DNA of 64,000 nucleotides from Candidatus Parcubacteria bacterium (GTDB lineage Bacteria; Patescibacteriota; Patescibacteriia; UBA1558; GWA2-36-10): NCBI GenBank assembly GCA_018664825.1, contig JABJNO010000010.1, positions 8,832 to 72,831 of the forward strand, read 5' to 3'. Shown piece by piece: positions 10,186 to 18,508 of this stretch (position 1 is its first letter; each line of letters starts with the position of its first letter). The notes under the pieces were generated by a model. It saw only the letters and a program-made list of their open reading frames with translations, ran no database searches and was not told where the DNA came from. The position numbers and the translations under genes were made by a program.

Positions 10186-10863
10186 TTAAAGCTTGCCATC
10201 ATAACCATAAATAACTACTTGTTTTTTTATTTGCCCTCGACTCCTTAGCTCTTCTGCTCTTTCTTCCAAATTTTTATCCACATGTATACTTCCGCCCACT
10301 ACCAGGTCATCAGGTAATTCTGTAATAAATGTTCCTCTTATATCTAGATTTTCCTCTACTTCCAGTCCTTTTGGTAATTTATGAATATTACTATTGGACA
10401 AATGCAATCTTCCTTTGACATACAGATCATCTGGCAGTTTATACTCCCCTTCTCTTTGAGATAAATCAATATCTACCTGGGCTGTCAATTTTCTTTTTTT
10501 AACATCTACCTTAAAATTTTCTATTATGCCCTGTTTTTGTTCGTCGGTTATAGAAAAACTTTCTTCAAAATCCTCGCCCCAATTATGGTGTAGCTCCACC
10601 AATTTTTTCATATCATCTTTAAACCTATAGGGTAAAAACATTTCATAAATCAAATCCATTTTTACCATCAATTCAAAATGAGCATCGCGAGTTTGCCAAG
10701 AATCATTTTCTTTCTGTACAAATTTTTCTACAGCACTATCAAGTATTGCCTTTTCACCTTTTTTCATAAGAACGACCATACCTCGCATTTCTTTACAGAC
10801 GTCTTCCTTACTTTTGTACAAAAGTTTATTCTGAATCGTGACAAAATCTTTGGCTCTCAACAT
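10186..10863 (-). CDS. Hypothetical protein, LRR-like repeat paralog 6 of 6
   Basis: IHKLPKGLEVEENLDIRGTFITELPDDLVVGGSIHVDKNLEERAEELRSRGQIKKQVVIYG. Confidence 0.5.
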   Translation of the reverse strand: MLRAKDFVTIQNKLLYKSKEDVCKEMRGMVVLMKKGEKAILDSAVEKFVQKENDSWQTRDAHFELMVKMDLIYEMFLPYRFKDDMKKLVELHHNWGEDFEESFSITDEQKQGIIENFKVDVKKRKLTAQVDIDLSQREGEYKLPDDLYVKGRLHLSNSNIHKLPKGLEVEENLDIRGTFITELPDDLVVGGSIHVDKNLEERAEELRSRGQIKKQVVIYGYDGKL

Positions 10864-10864
10864 T

Positions 10865-12025
10865 TTATTTTCTTAACCTTTCTAACACAGGCATTTTAGT
10901 ACCTTGCAAAAATGTCATCATCGCTCCCCCGCCAGTAGAAACAAAATCAATTTTGTTTTGTAGTTTTAGCTCACGCGTAAGCTCGACAGTTTCTCCACCA
11001 CCGATGATTACCTTGGCTTTTGCTTTGGCCAAAAATTTGAGTAAATCTCGAGAAGCTTTGATATAAAGAGGATTTTCAAAATATCCCAAAGGCCCATTCC
11101 AAACTATCAATTTTGCTTTGGCCAAAAATCTCTTATAATCCTCGACTGTACGAGGCCCAATATCCAAAGTCATTTCATCATCTTCTATTTCATCAACTTC
11201 GATTATTCTAGATTTTTTTGATTTCATACTAGTGGATACCACGAGATCTACCGGCAAATGAATCTTGTTGCTCAATATCTTTTTGGCAAAATCAAGATAA
11301 TCTTTGTCATATAATGATTTACCGACATTGTAACCGTATGACTTCAAAAAAGTATTGGCCAATGGCCCACCGACCAAAATATGATCCGCGTTTGTAGAAA
11401 GTTTTTTGATCAATTGGATTTTGGTAGCTACTTTGACTCCACCAAACATCATTATCAAACCTTTTTTGGCTTTGACTACTTCTGAAAGATGCTTGATCTC
11501 ATCCTCTAGCAACAATCCAGCATAGCTAGGCAAATACTCCGTAATAGCATGCATAGAAGAATCTTGCCTATGGACATTGCCAAAAGCATCGTTTACATAA
11601 ATATCTCCAAGTTTTGCCAATCTTTTGGCTAGACGTTTGCAGTTTTTCTTTTCTCTTGGCTGAAAACGAATATTTTCAAGCATAGCCACACTAGCATTTT
11701 CCATTTCTAGGCTATCACTTTCATAATTTTCAAAATCATCTGCCCAAAACTCTATCTTTTCCTTGGCCAATTTGCTCAAGGCCTGACTGACAGGCAACAT
11801 AGAAAGGTCTGAGATTTTTTTGCCGCCTGGCCTACCTAGATGTGCCAAAATAATCACCTTGGCTTTTTTGGCAAGTAGATATTTTATAGTTGGTACAGAT
11901 CTTTGTAATCGCCAAGTACCGTCTTTGTCTACTTTGCCTTTTTCAAGAGGCACATTGAGGTCCAAGCGCAATAAAACTCTTTTGCCCTTGAGGTTTTTTA
12001 TGTCTTTAATTGTTTTTAATTTCAT
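10865..12025 (-). CDS. pgk: Phosphoglycerate kinase
   Basis: KGKRVLLRLDLNVPL...GGGA motifs. 386 aa. Confidence 0.95.
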   Translation of the reverse strand: MKLKTIKDIKNLKGKRVLLRLDLNVPLEKGKVDKDGTWRLQRSVPTIKYLLAKKAKVIILAHLGRPGGKKISDLSMLPVSQALSKLAKEKIEFWADDFENYESDSLEMENASVAMLENIRFQPREKKNCKRLAKRLAKLGDIYVNDAFGNVHRQDSSMHAITEYLPSYAGLLLEDEIKHLSEVVKAKKGLIMMFGGVKVATKIQLIKKLSTNADHILVGGPLANTFLKSYGYNVGKSLYDKDYLDFAKKILSNKIHLPVDLVVSTSMKSKKSRIIEVDEIEDDEMTLDIGPRTVEDYKRFLAKAKLIVWNGPLGYFENPLYIKASRDLLKFLAKAKAKVIIGGGETVELTRELKLQNKIDFVSTGGGAMMTFLQGTKMPVLERLRK

Positions 12026-12422
12026 AGTCCGTTAAATTTAAACTTGTTTCTGGAATAAATATTCTAGATATATTTTCTATTTCTACCAAAGGACAAATAC
12101 TCTCAGATGGAATCCTAGCTATCATATGATCAATAATCAAACTATCTTCATCAAGTACAATGCCCAGCTCTGTTAATGTTTTTCTTTCATCTTCCGACAA
12201 AGGAATTCTGTTGAAAGTAATAATAGCTCCAACCAAACTGGTGTGCCCCTGCAAATTGTAGACCGAAGCATCTATTTTGTCAGACTGACAATCCAGGGTC
12301 TGCAAAAGTATCTTATCCTCGTCTGGTCTATTTTCTTTTAATATTAAAAAAATAAAAGCTACTACCACTAGTACTAGCACAAAAAAGACGACTGAATGAA
12401 TTGTTTTCATACAATTTTCCAT
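12006..12422 (-). CDS. Hypothetical small protein with an N-terminal transmembrane anchor
   Basis: MKTIHSVVFFVLVLVVVAFIFLIL hydrophobic segment. It overlaps the pgk start by about 20 nt. No recognisable domain. Confidence 0.35.
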   Translation of the reverse strand: MENCMKTIHSVVFFVLVLVVVAFIFLILKENRPDEDKILLQTLDCQSDKIDASVYNLQGHTSLVGAIITFNRIPLSEDERKTLTELGIVLDEDSLIIDHMIARIPSESICPLVEIENISRIFIPETSLNLTDYEIKNN

Positions 12423-12617
12423 TAATTATCCCGGCCTGCCGGGATCCCAATCCATGGGATTAATCTATGCAGATATTATAACATTTTTAAAATATTTTTC
12501 AAAGGAGTATTTAAGCCATTTTTGATACTCACTGTCAACTTGACAAAAAGGGCGATTTCTATTAATTTTGAGTCATGTAATGTACGTTCACAACCCTAAA
12601 TAAAGAGAGGTTCAACC

Positions 12618-13634
12618 ATGGATAACAGCAAAACCGTGGTGCTTTCGGGCATCCGGGCAACTGGACAGTTGCATTTAGGCAACTATCTAGGTGCAATCCA
12701 GCATTTCGTAACACTCGCTCAAGATCCTAGCAATGATTGTTTTTACTTCATTGCCAACCTTCATACCCTTACAACCCGTCAAGATCCTCAGCAAATGCAA
12801 ATTGATTTGCGGAACATTGTCCTTGATTTTATGGCTTGTGGTCTGGATCCTGAAAAATCCACGATCTACGCCCAATCGAGCGTTCCGGAACTCAGTGAGC
12901 TAAGCTGGCTCTTGGCTTGTCTGACCCCTGTCTCTGGACTGATGAATATGCATCACTTCAAAGAAAAAAAGGACAGACTTTCTGAAGAAGGTCTAAAAGC
13001 AAACGCTGGCCTACTCACCTACCCCGTCCTGATGGCGGCCGATATTCTCGGCCCTCATGCAAACCTAGTGCCGGTCGGTGAAGACCAGCACGCCCACGTG
13101 GAAATGGCTAGAGAACTAGCCAAACGTTTCAATCACCACTTTGGTGACGGAATCTTTCCTATCCCCAACCTGTTGGAAGGTGAAGGAATTCGAGTACCTG
13201 GTCTGACCGCTGATGGCAAAATGGGCAAAAGTGAAGCTGATAGTGCAATCATGCTCAATGATTCACCTGATGAAGTCGAGCGTAAATTACGCTCAGCTGT
13301 CACCGACCCCCAACGCATGAAGCGTAGCGACCCTGGCGATCCTGAAGTTTGCAACATCTTTACCTTTCACCACCTACTGAGTGAGCCCGAACAAATCGAA
13401 TGGGCTCGCAAAGGATGTACAACAGCTGATATCGGCTGTGTCGACTGCAAGGTAGTCGTTGCCGATCATATCAACAAAATCCTCACCCCTATCCGTGCTC
13501 GCAGAGAAGAACTGCTAGTCAGAGGTATGGATTTTATCGACGAAATCATCCACGAAGGTGGTCTCAAGGCTCGCAAAATCATCGCAGCCAACGTAAAAGA
13601 GGCTAAAGAAAAGATGGGCGTCCCATCTTATTAG
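12618..13634 (+). CDS. trpS: Tryptophan--tRNA ligase
   Basis: Class I HIGH-type motif TGQLHLGNY and KMSKS-type KMGKS. 338 aa. RBS AAAGAGAGG upstream. Its GC content is clearly higher than the flanking host genes. Confidence 0.9.
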   Translation: MDNSKTVVLSGIRATGQLHLGNYLGAIQHFVTLAQDPSNDCFYFIANLHTLTTRQDPQQMQIDLRNIVLDFMACGLDPEKSTIYAQSSVPELSELSWLLACLTPVSGLMNMHHFKEKKDRLSEEGLKANAGLLTYPVLMAADILGPHANLVPVGEDQHAHVEMARELAKRFNHHFGDGIFPIPNLLEGEGIRVPGLTADGKMGKSEADSAIMLNDSPDEVERKLRSAVTDPQRMKRSDPGDPEVCNIFTFHHLLSEPEQIEWARKGCTTADIGCVDCKVVVADHINKILTPIRARREELLVRGMDFIDEIIHEGGLKARKIIAANVKEAKEKMGVPSY

Positions 13635-13662
13635 GTCCTCACTATCCAAAAAGGAGTAAACA

Positions 13663-15108
13663 ATGAATCCCAAAGCGCCCACGGGGGAACGATGGCGATG
13701 GCCCAGTACAGGCATCGATCCAGATCAACTGGCACAAGCTGTGCTGGGCGTCCCCTCGCTCTACGAAACCGAAACTCCTCCGATCTGCTACCCTGGCACT
13801 CCACTCAACCCTAACTTGGTCACATTGGCCAGCGGCATCTTGAGTAAACAACTCAACGCCATCGGCACCCATACCCATCTCCAAGACGACGGAGCTGGTG
13901 GCTGGGAAAAGACCCCTGGTGAAGGTGGTTTCGATGGTCTCCAGACTATGGAGTCCGAAGCTATCTGGATGACTGCCAGTATCTTGGGTGGCACACCCCA
14001 AACTATCGACGGCAATTTTTGCCCTGGTGGTACCGAGGCAAATCTCCAAGGTATGTGGCTCGGCCGTGAGTGGCTTCGTAAGCACATGGCTACTGGTGAT
14101 CAAATTGGTGTCGACAAGAAAGTCGTGGTCTTTACCACTTCCCTGGTCCACTATTCGGTCATCAAGGCTGCCGAGATTCTCGGTTTGGGCTATCATAAAT
14201 GGCAAAACTGTTCTGACTGTGGTGTAAATCACATTTTCAAAGGTCCTGAAGATGGCAGTGGTGTCAACTTTGTTCCTATGAACAGTAAAGGTGAAATGGA
14301 TCCCGAAGCACTGGAAAGTGCTATCCTGGAGAAATATCGCCAAGGTTTCCGCCGTTTTATGATGGTACCGACTGCTGGTACGACTGCGCTGGGATCGGTC
14401 GATCCGATCAACCTGATTAGTCAGGCTATGGACCACGTCCGTAGCAGACACAGCGATGCGCTGATGTACATGCATGTCGATGCTTCCTTTGGTGGCTTTA
14501 CCATTCCGTTTCTCAATCCTGAGCACGGCATGGGCTTTGACACCAATAGCCCCAACCTGATGTCTATGGCACTGGATGCTGACAAGATGGGCCACATGCC
14601 CTATCCTGCTGGCATCTTCCTGTGTCGTAAAAATCTGCAAAGCTACATCGCACGTGATGTGCACTATGTCCGCGGACACCAAGACGATACTGTCTCTGGC
14701 TCACGTTCGGCTCTGGCTCCGATGCTGGCCTGGTACTATTACCAGACCATTGGCATTGACGGTCACACCGAATACGTCCAGAAATGTATTGATCTACGTG
14801 AAGAGCTGGCTCTGATGATCTCCGCTCGCTTCCCTCAGGAACAAGTGGACTTCTTCCCTTGCTCACCGTGGACCAACTTCCTTCCTCTGGAAATCAAACT
14901 CAAAAATGGTAAAATCCCTGAAGACCTAATCGAAAATGGTCACCTCAGCCCTTACCATCTGCGAGACGATTGCTTTCCGTCCAATCCTCACGATGTGAGC
15001 AGTTGCCCCAGGTCTGTCTACAAGATCTGCATCATGCCCCATCACACCCTCTCTCACCTCGAACGCTTCGTCAGCGATTTGGCAACCACGTTTGCCGAAC
15101 ATGGCTAA
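13663..15108 (+). CDS. Group II PLP-dependent decarboxylase (MfnA/tyrosine-decarboxylase-like)
   Basis: GGTEANLQG, DASFGG, and ALDADKMGHMPYPAGIF (PLP-lysine loop closely resembling MfnA DPHKMG.APIPAGGI). GC-rich. RBS AAAGGAG 7 nt upstream. Confidence 0.65.
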   Translation: MNPKAPTGERWRWPSTGIDPDQLAQAVLGVPSLYETETPPICYPGTPLNPNLVTLASGILSKQLNAIGTHTHLQDDGAGGWEKTPGEGGFDGLQTMESEAIWMTASILGGTPQTIDGNFCPGGTEANLQGMWLGREWLRKHMATGDQIGVDKKVVVFTTSLVHYSVIKAAEILGLGYHKWQNCSDCGVNHIFKGPEDGSGVNFVPMNSKGEMDPEALESAILEKYRQGFRRFMMVPTAGTTALGSVDPINLISQAMDHVRSRHSDALMYMHVDASFGGFTIPFLNPEHGMGFDTNSPNLMSMALDADKMGHMPYPAGIFLCRKNLQSYIARDVHYVRGHQDDTVSGSRSALAPMLAWYYYQTIGIDGHTEYVQKCIDLREELALMISARFPQEQVDFFPCSPWTNFLPLEIKLKNGKIPEDLIENGHLSPYHLRDDCFPSNPHDVSSCPRSVYKICIMPHHTLSHLERFVSDLATTFAEHG

Positions 15109-15116
15109 GCACATCT

Positions 15117-15148
15117 AGCCCCCGCCTAAAAAACGGGGGCTTTTTCTT
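15117..15148 (+). terminator. Rho-independent terminator after the trpS-decarboxylase pair
   Basis: GCCCCCGCCTAAAAAACGGGGGC hairpin followed by TTTTTCTT. Confidence 0.8.
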
Positions 15149-15175
15149 ATCACAAAGATTCGCTATACTAAACAT

Positions 15176-15862
15176 ATGATAAAAATATATTCAACATTTT
15201 CAGAAGATATTACTTATAAAAATAACAACCTAGTCAAAAAATCATTGCGAGGGCCTGCTTTTTATATAAAAAATGTTTTGGAAAAAAATAATATTGATTA
15301 TAAATTATTCAAGGGTCAAAACTACCAAGTAAAAATAAAAATACTAGACAATGATGAAATTGGAGAAATTGTTTCTAAAAATATTCCCCAACAAAAAATA
15401 CAAGATTTAGATAAAGGTGATAATATCCTAATATCAACCATTGCCGATGAATGGCTTTTGTCCAATGATATTCCCAAGTCTACAAAAATATTTTTGGATG
15501 CTCAGGGCTATCTGAGAATCTTTTCTAAAAATGATGATTTTTATAAACAAAATTTTTGGAATAACATCTATTGCCTCAAAGGCACTGAAGATGAAATCAA
15601 TAATCTTCCTGAAAATATAATAGAACAACAAAAACAAAAATTGTTGATTATTAGCAAAAACAAAGATGGCTGTAGCGTATTTCACCAATCCAAGCAATAT
15701 GATTTTTCTATAAAACCAGTAAAAGTAGAAGATACTATCGGGGCTGGTGATACTTTTCTTACAAATTTTTTTATAAAATATCTGGAAACTACTAATATCA
15801 AAAAAAGTACAAAATTTGCTATCACAGAAACCAGTAAATTTCTAAGTGCCAAAGAGGCTTGA
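15176..15862 (+). CDS. Small PfkB/ribokinase-family sugar kinase-like protein
   Basis: C-terminal DTIGAGDTF matches the PfkB signature-2 (DTxGAGD). 228 aa. AT-rich, host-like codon usage. Confidence 0.4.
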   Translation: MIKIYSTFSEDITYKNNNLVKKSLRGPAFYIKNVLEKNNIDYKLFKGQNYQVKIKILDNDEIGEIVSKNIPQQKIQDLDKGDNILISTIADEWLLSNDIPKSTKIFLDAQGYLRIFSKNDDFYKQNFWNNIYCLKGTEDEINNLPENIIEQQKQKLLIISKNKDGCSVFHQSKQYDFSIKPVKVEDTIGAGDTFLTNFFIKYLETTNIKKSTKFAITETSKFLSAKEA

Positions 15863-15939
15863 CCCGGGATTTTCCTCGTGATAATATACTTAGGTAATCA
15901 AAATTCATTACAAATACAAAATCTATGAAGCGTGTCCCA

Positions 15940-16165
15940 CATTTTGTGGGATTGGGCACGCAGAGATGGCTATTGCGCTAGTGATAGCTCGGAGGTCCCC
16001 GTAACCATGGACTAACTGATGTCGATCATTTTATATGATGCCAGAGCCAGTAAAAGTGGTCTTAATTATTTATTAAGGCAATAAAGGTGGTACCGCAGGA
16101 ATCAAACTTCTTGTCCTTTAAACACAATATTTTTGTGTTATGAGGATAGGGAGTTTTTTTATTGA
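15940..16165 (+). promoter_or_regulatory. Candidate T-box riboswitch leader, possibly Trp-specific
   Basis: AAAGGTGGTACCGCAGG at 16083-16099 matches the T-box consensus AGGGTGGTACCGCG. Upstream Stem I-like elements: AGAGA (15962-15966), distal hairpin GCTATTGCGCTAGTGATAGC containing AGUGA, and UGGA (16008-16011) as a possible Trp specifier. An imperfect hairpin followed by a T7 run at 16154-16160 could be the terminator. Confidence 0.45.
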
Positions 16166-16404
16166 CTTACACAGACATTTATGGTTAAGTAAAAAACCAA
16201 GTACATTACAATGCTATTTATAGCCAAATATTCGCGTAAAAGACGACAAGTCTAAAAATACAACAAAAGGAGAGTAAAAATGGGAATTAATCCGCCAAGC
16301 AGTAGCTTTTGATAGCTATCTAACCTAAAACAAACTAAATCCACCCTTGTAGACTACTGCAAGGACCCCGACTCAGGAAAAGGAACAACAAGGAGGACCC
16401 CACA

Positions 16405-17571
16405 ATGGTCTTGGATGTAAAACACCTACTCAAGGATCACGCTTACCAAAATGTGCCACTCAACTTTGATGAGGCATATGCCTTGGGTAGATATGCGCTA
16501 CAGGGATGCGCTGGAGATCCGCTTGCTCAGATCCAGAGTATTACTGTCTTGTCTACTTTACACAACAAAGCAACCTACGCATGGAAATGGGACATACGCA
16601 TGGAAGAGCACCATGGGCATAGTCTGCCCAAGAGCTCGGCCGAGCAAATTGCCGGCATCTGTGCAGCCATTTTTGACCATGATATTGCTAAGTCTGAATT
16701 CGGCTTTTTGGAGCCAAATGTGGATTTTGTCATGGACAACTGTGGCATGGGAGGCGATCTGGTAGTCACGGCAAACGTGAGTACTCTGGCCGCCTTTATT
16801 GCAGCTTCTGATGGTATTCCGATGTGCAAGCATGGTTCGCCGGCTAACGCCGACAGAGGCCAATACGGCAGTTCGGACTTTGTGTCCAAAATCTGCGGTA
16901 TCAATACTTGCGCTGATCGTGCTGAAGTCATCACTTGTCTGGAAAAACACCACTTTGCTTATACCGAAGCATTGGATACTCGCTACAAGAGGATCCACAT
17001 GCAGACGCATGAAGTGGCTCAACTTCCTCACATGAATGACATCATCGGACCGATTACCAATCCGGTCTCGCCAAAGATTCTCACTCGTCGTGTTTTGGGA
17101 GTCAATCAGTTGATTCCCCCTCGTATCATTGCTGAGGTCTATATGATCCTCAATGCGCAAGGTACTACCAACCTGAAACACGGTCTCTTTGTAAGGGGCT
17201 TTGCTGATGAATCGCGAATCAATGGTATGGACGAAGCTTCTGTTTGTCATGGTGGTACTCAGGTATCTGAGTTGCGCGATGGTGAGATCTTTGATTATGA
17301 TCTCGATGCAGAAAGCTTTGATATCCATGCCGTTCCTATTACGGCTATCCGACCCGAAGGTGACAAAGGTGAGTATTCTCTCAAGCTTCTGATGGGCGAA
17401 ACAAACGGTGAGCGCATGAATATGGTGCTTGCCAACGCTGCTTTGCTCTATTATGTTGCTGGACGCACTACCACCTTTCCCGAAGGCTTTGAAATGGCTA
17501 AGGCTGCTTTTGAAAGCGGCCGTCCACTAAAAACTATGCAAGCGGTAGCTAAGATGCTACCCAGGCCCTAG
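16405..17571 (+). CDS. Anthranilate phosphoribosyltransferase-like protein (TrpD / glycosyltransferase family 3)
   Basis: DNCGMGGD...CKHGSPANADRGQYGSSD corresponds to TrpD DTCGTGGD...AKHGNRA.SSKSGSAD. DIIGPITNPV corresponds to NVLGPLINPA. GMDEASV and ELRDGEIFDYDLDAESF also match TrpD. Strong RBS AAGGAGG. GC-rich. Confidence 0.65.
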   Translation: MVLDVKHLLKDHAYQNVPLNFDEAYALGRYALQGCAGDPLAQIQSITVLSTLHNKATYAWKWDIRMEEHHGHSLPKSSAEQIAGICAAIFDHDIAKSEFGFLEPNVDFVMDNCGMGGDLVVTANVSTLAAFIAASDGIPMCKHGSPANADRGQYGSSDFVSKICGINTCADRAEVITCLEKHHFAYTEALDTRYKRIHMQTHEVAQLPHMNDIIGPITNPVSPKILTRRVLGVNQLIPPRIIAEVYMILNAQGTTNLKHGLFVRGFADESRINGMDEASVCHGGTQVSELRDGEIFDYDLDAESFDIHAVPITAIRPEGDKGEYSLKLLMGETNGERMNMVLANAALLYYVAGRTTTFPEGFEMAKAAFESGRPLKTMQAVAKMLPRP

Positions 17572-17582
17572 TTTTATAACTC

Positions 17583-17619
17583 GCGCCAGCTGAATCATTC
17601 AGCTGGCGCTTTCTTTTTT
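17583..17619 (+). terminator. Rho-independent terminator
   Basis: GCGCCAGCTGAATCATTCAGCTGGCGC hairpin followed by TTTCTTTTTT. Confidence 0.8.
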
Positions 17620-17645
17620 ACTATATTTTATGATATTATATACTT

Positions 17646-18455
17646 ATGTTAAACAAAATTTTCAAGAAAAAAAATAACATTGTTATCGGAGCTGTCCATT
17701 TTCCGCCTCTTTTGGGATACGATAAATTTCCTGGATTCAAAGTAGCTTATACCAATGCCCTCAAAGACATCAAGGCTTTTGAAAAAGGTGGTGCTGATGC
17801 TATCATCCTAGAAAACAACTATGATATCCCCCACAAAGTAAATGTAGACTGTACCATATCTGCTAGTATGACCTATCTGATATCCCAACTCAAAAAACAC
17901 ACAGCATTACCAATCGGTATATCTGTATTGTGGAATGATTATAAAACTGCTTTGACAATAGCCAAAATCCTAGATTTAAAATTTATCCGCGTACCTGTCT
18001 TTGTTGATAAAGTAAAGACAGACATTGGTGTCGTCAATGGCGAAGCAAAAAAAATGATTGCTTTCCGTAAAGAAATAAAGGCAAAAAAAGTAAAAATTTT
18101 TGCTGACATCCAAGTCAAGCATTGTGAATTACTCAACAAGCGCCCTCTAGCCGAGGCTGCTCGCGAAGCCATAGACAAGGGCGCTGACGCTCTGATTGTG
18201 ACCGGTAGCTGGACTGGCGATGCTCCTGATGATGCAATGGTCTCTGACTTGAGAAACGACATAAAAGATTTCCCAATATTGATCGGCTCTGGTACAGACG
18301 AGACAAATGTAGCCAGACTTTTTAAATCAGCCAACGGCACTATAGTCAGTACTTCTCTAAAATCAGGCTCAGCCAAAACTGATGAAGTAAACGTCAAAGG
18401 TTACGATCAAAGAATAGACCTCCAAAAAGTAAAAAAATTACTAGCCAAAATATAG
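17646..18455 (+). CDS. BtpA/SgcQ-family TIM-barrel protein
   Basis: N-terminal IVIGAVHFPPLLGYDKF is typical of the BtpA family. 269 aa. Confidence 0.55.
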   Translation: MLNKIFKKKNNIVIGAVHFPPLLGYDKFPGFKVAYTNALKDIKAFEKGGADAIILENNYDIPHKVNVDCTISASMTYLISQLKKHTALPIGISVLWNDYKTALTIAKILDLKFIRVPVFVDKVKTDIGVVNGEAKKMIAFRKEIKAKKVKIFADIQVKHCELLNKRPLAEAAREAIDKGADALIVTGSWTGDAPDDAMVSDLRNDIKDFPILIGSGTDETNVARLFKSANGTIVSTSLKSGSAKTDEVNVKGYDQRIDLQKVKKLLAKI

Positions 18456-18474
18456 CTAGCAATAAAATATAGTT

Positions 18475-18508
18475 TCAAAAAAATCCTGAATTTATTCAGG
18501 ATTTTTTA
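18475..18508. terminator. Bidirectional terminator between convergent genes
   Basis: AAAAAAATCCTGAATTTATTCAGGATTTTTT is a palindromic hairpin with A and T runs on both sides. Confidence 0.7.

Noticed and set aside
13642-14682. 346-aa minus-strand ORF antisense to the decarboxylase gene
   Set aside because: It lies entirely inside a GC-rich sense gene with clear PLP-decarboxylase motifs. Long antisense ORFs are expected in GC-rich DNA, and it has no motifs or RBS.
16558-17328. 256-aa and 119-aa minus-strand ORFs antisense to the TrpD-like gene
   Set aside because: Same reasoning. The sense strand carries conserved TrpD motifs. The antisense ORFs are a composition artefact.
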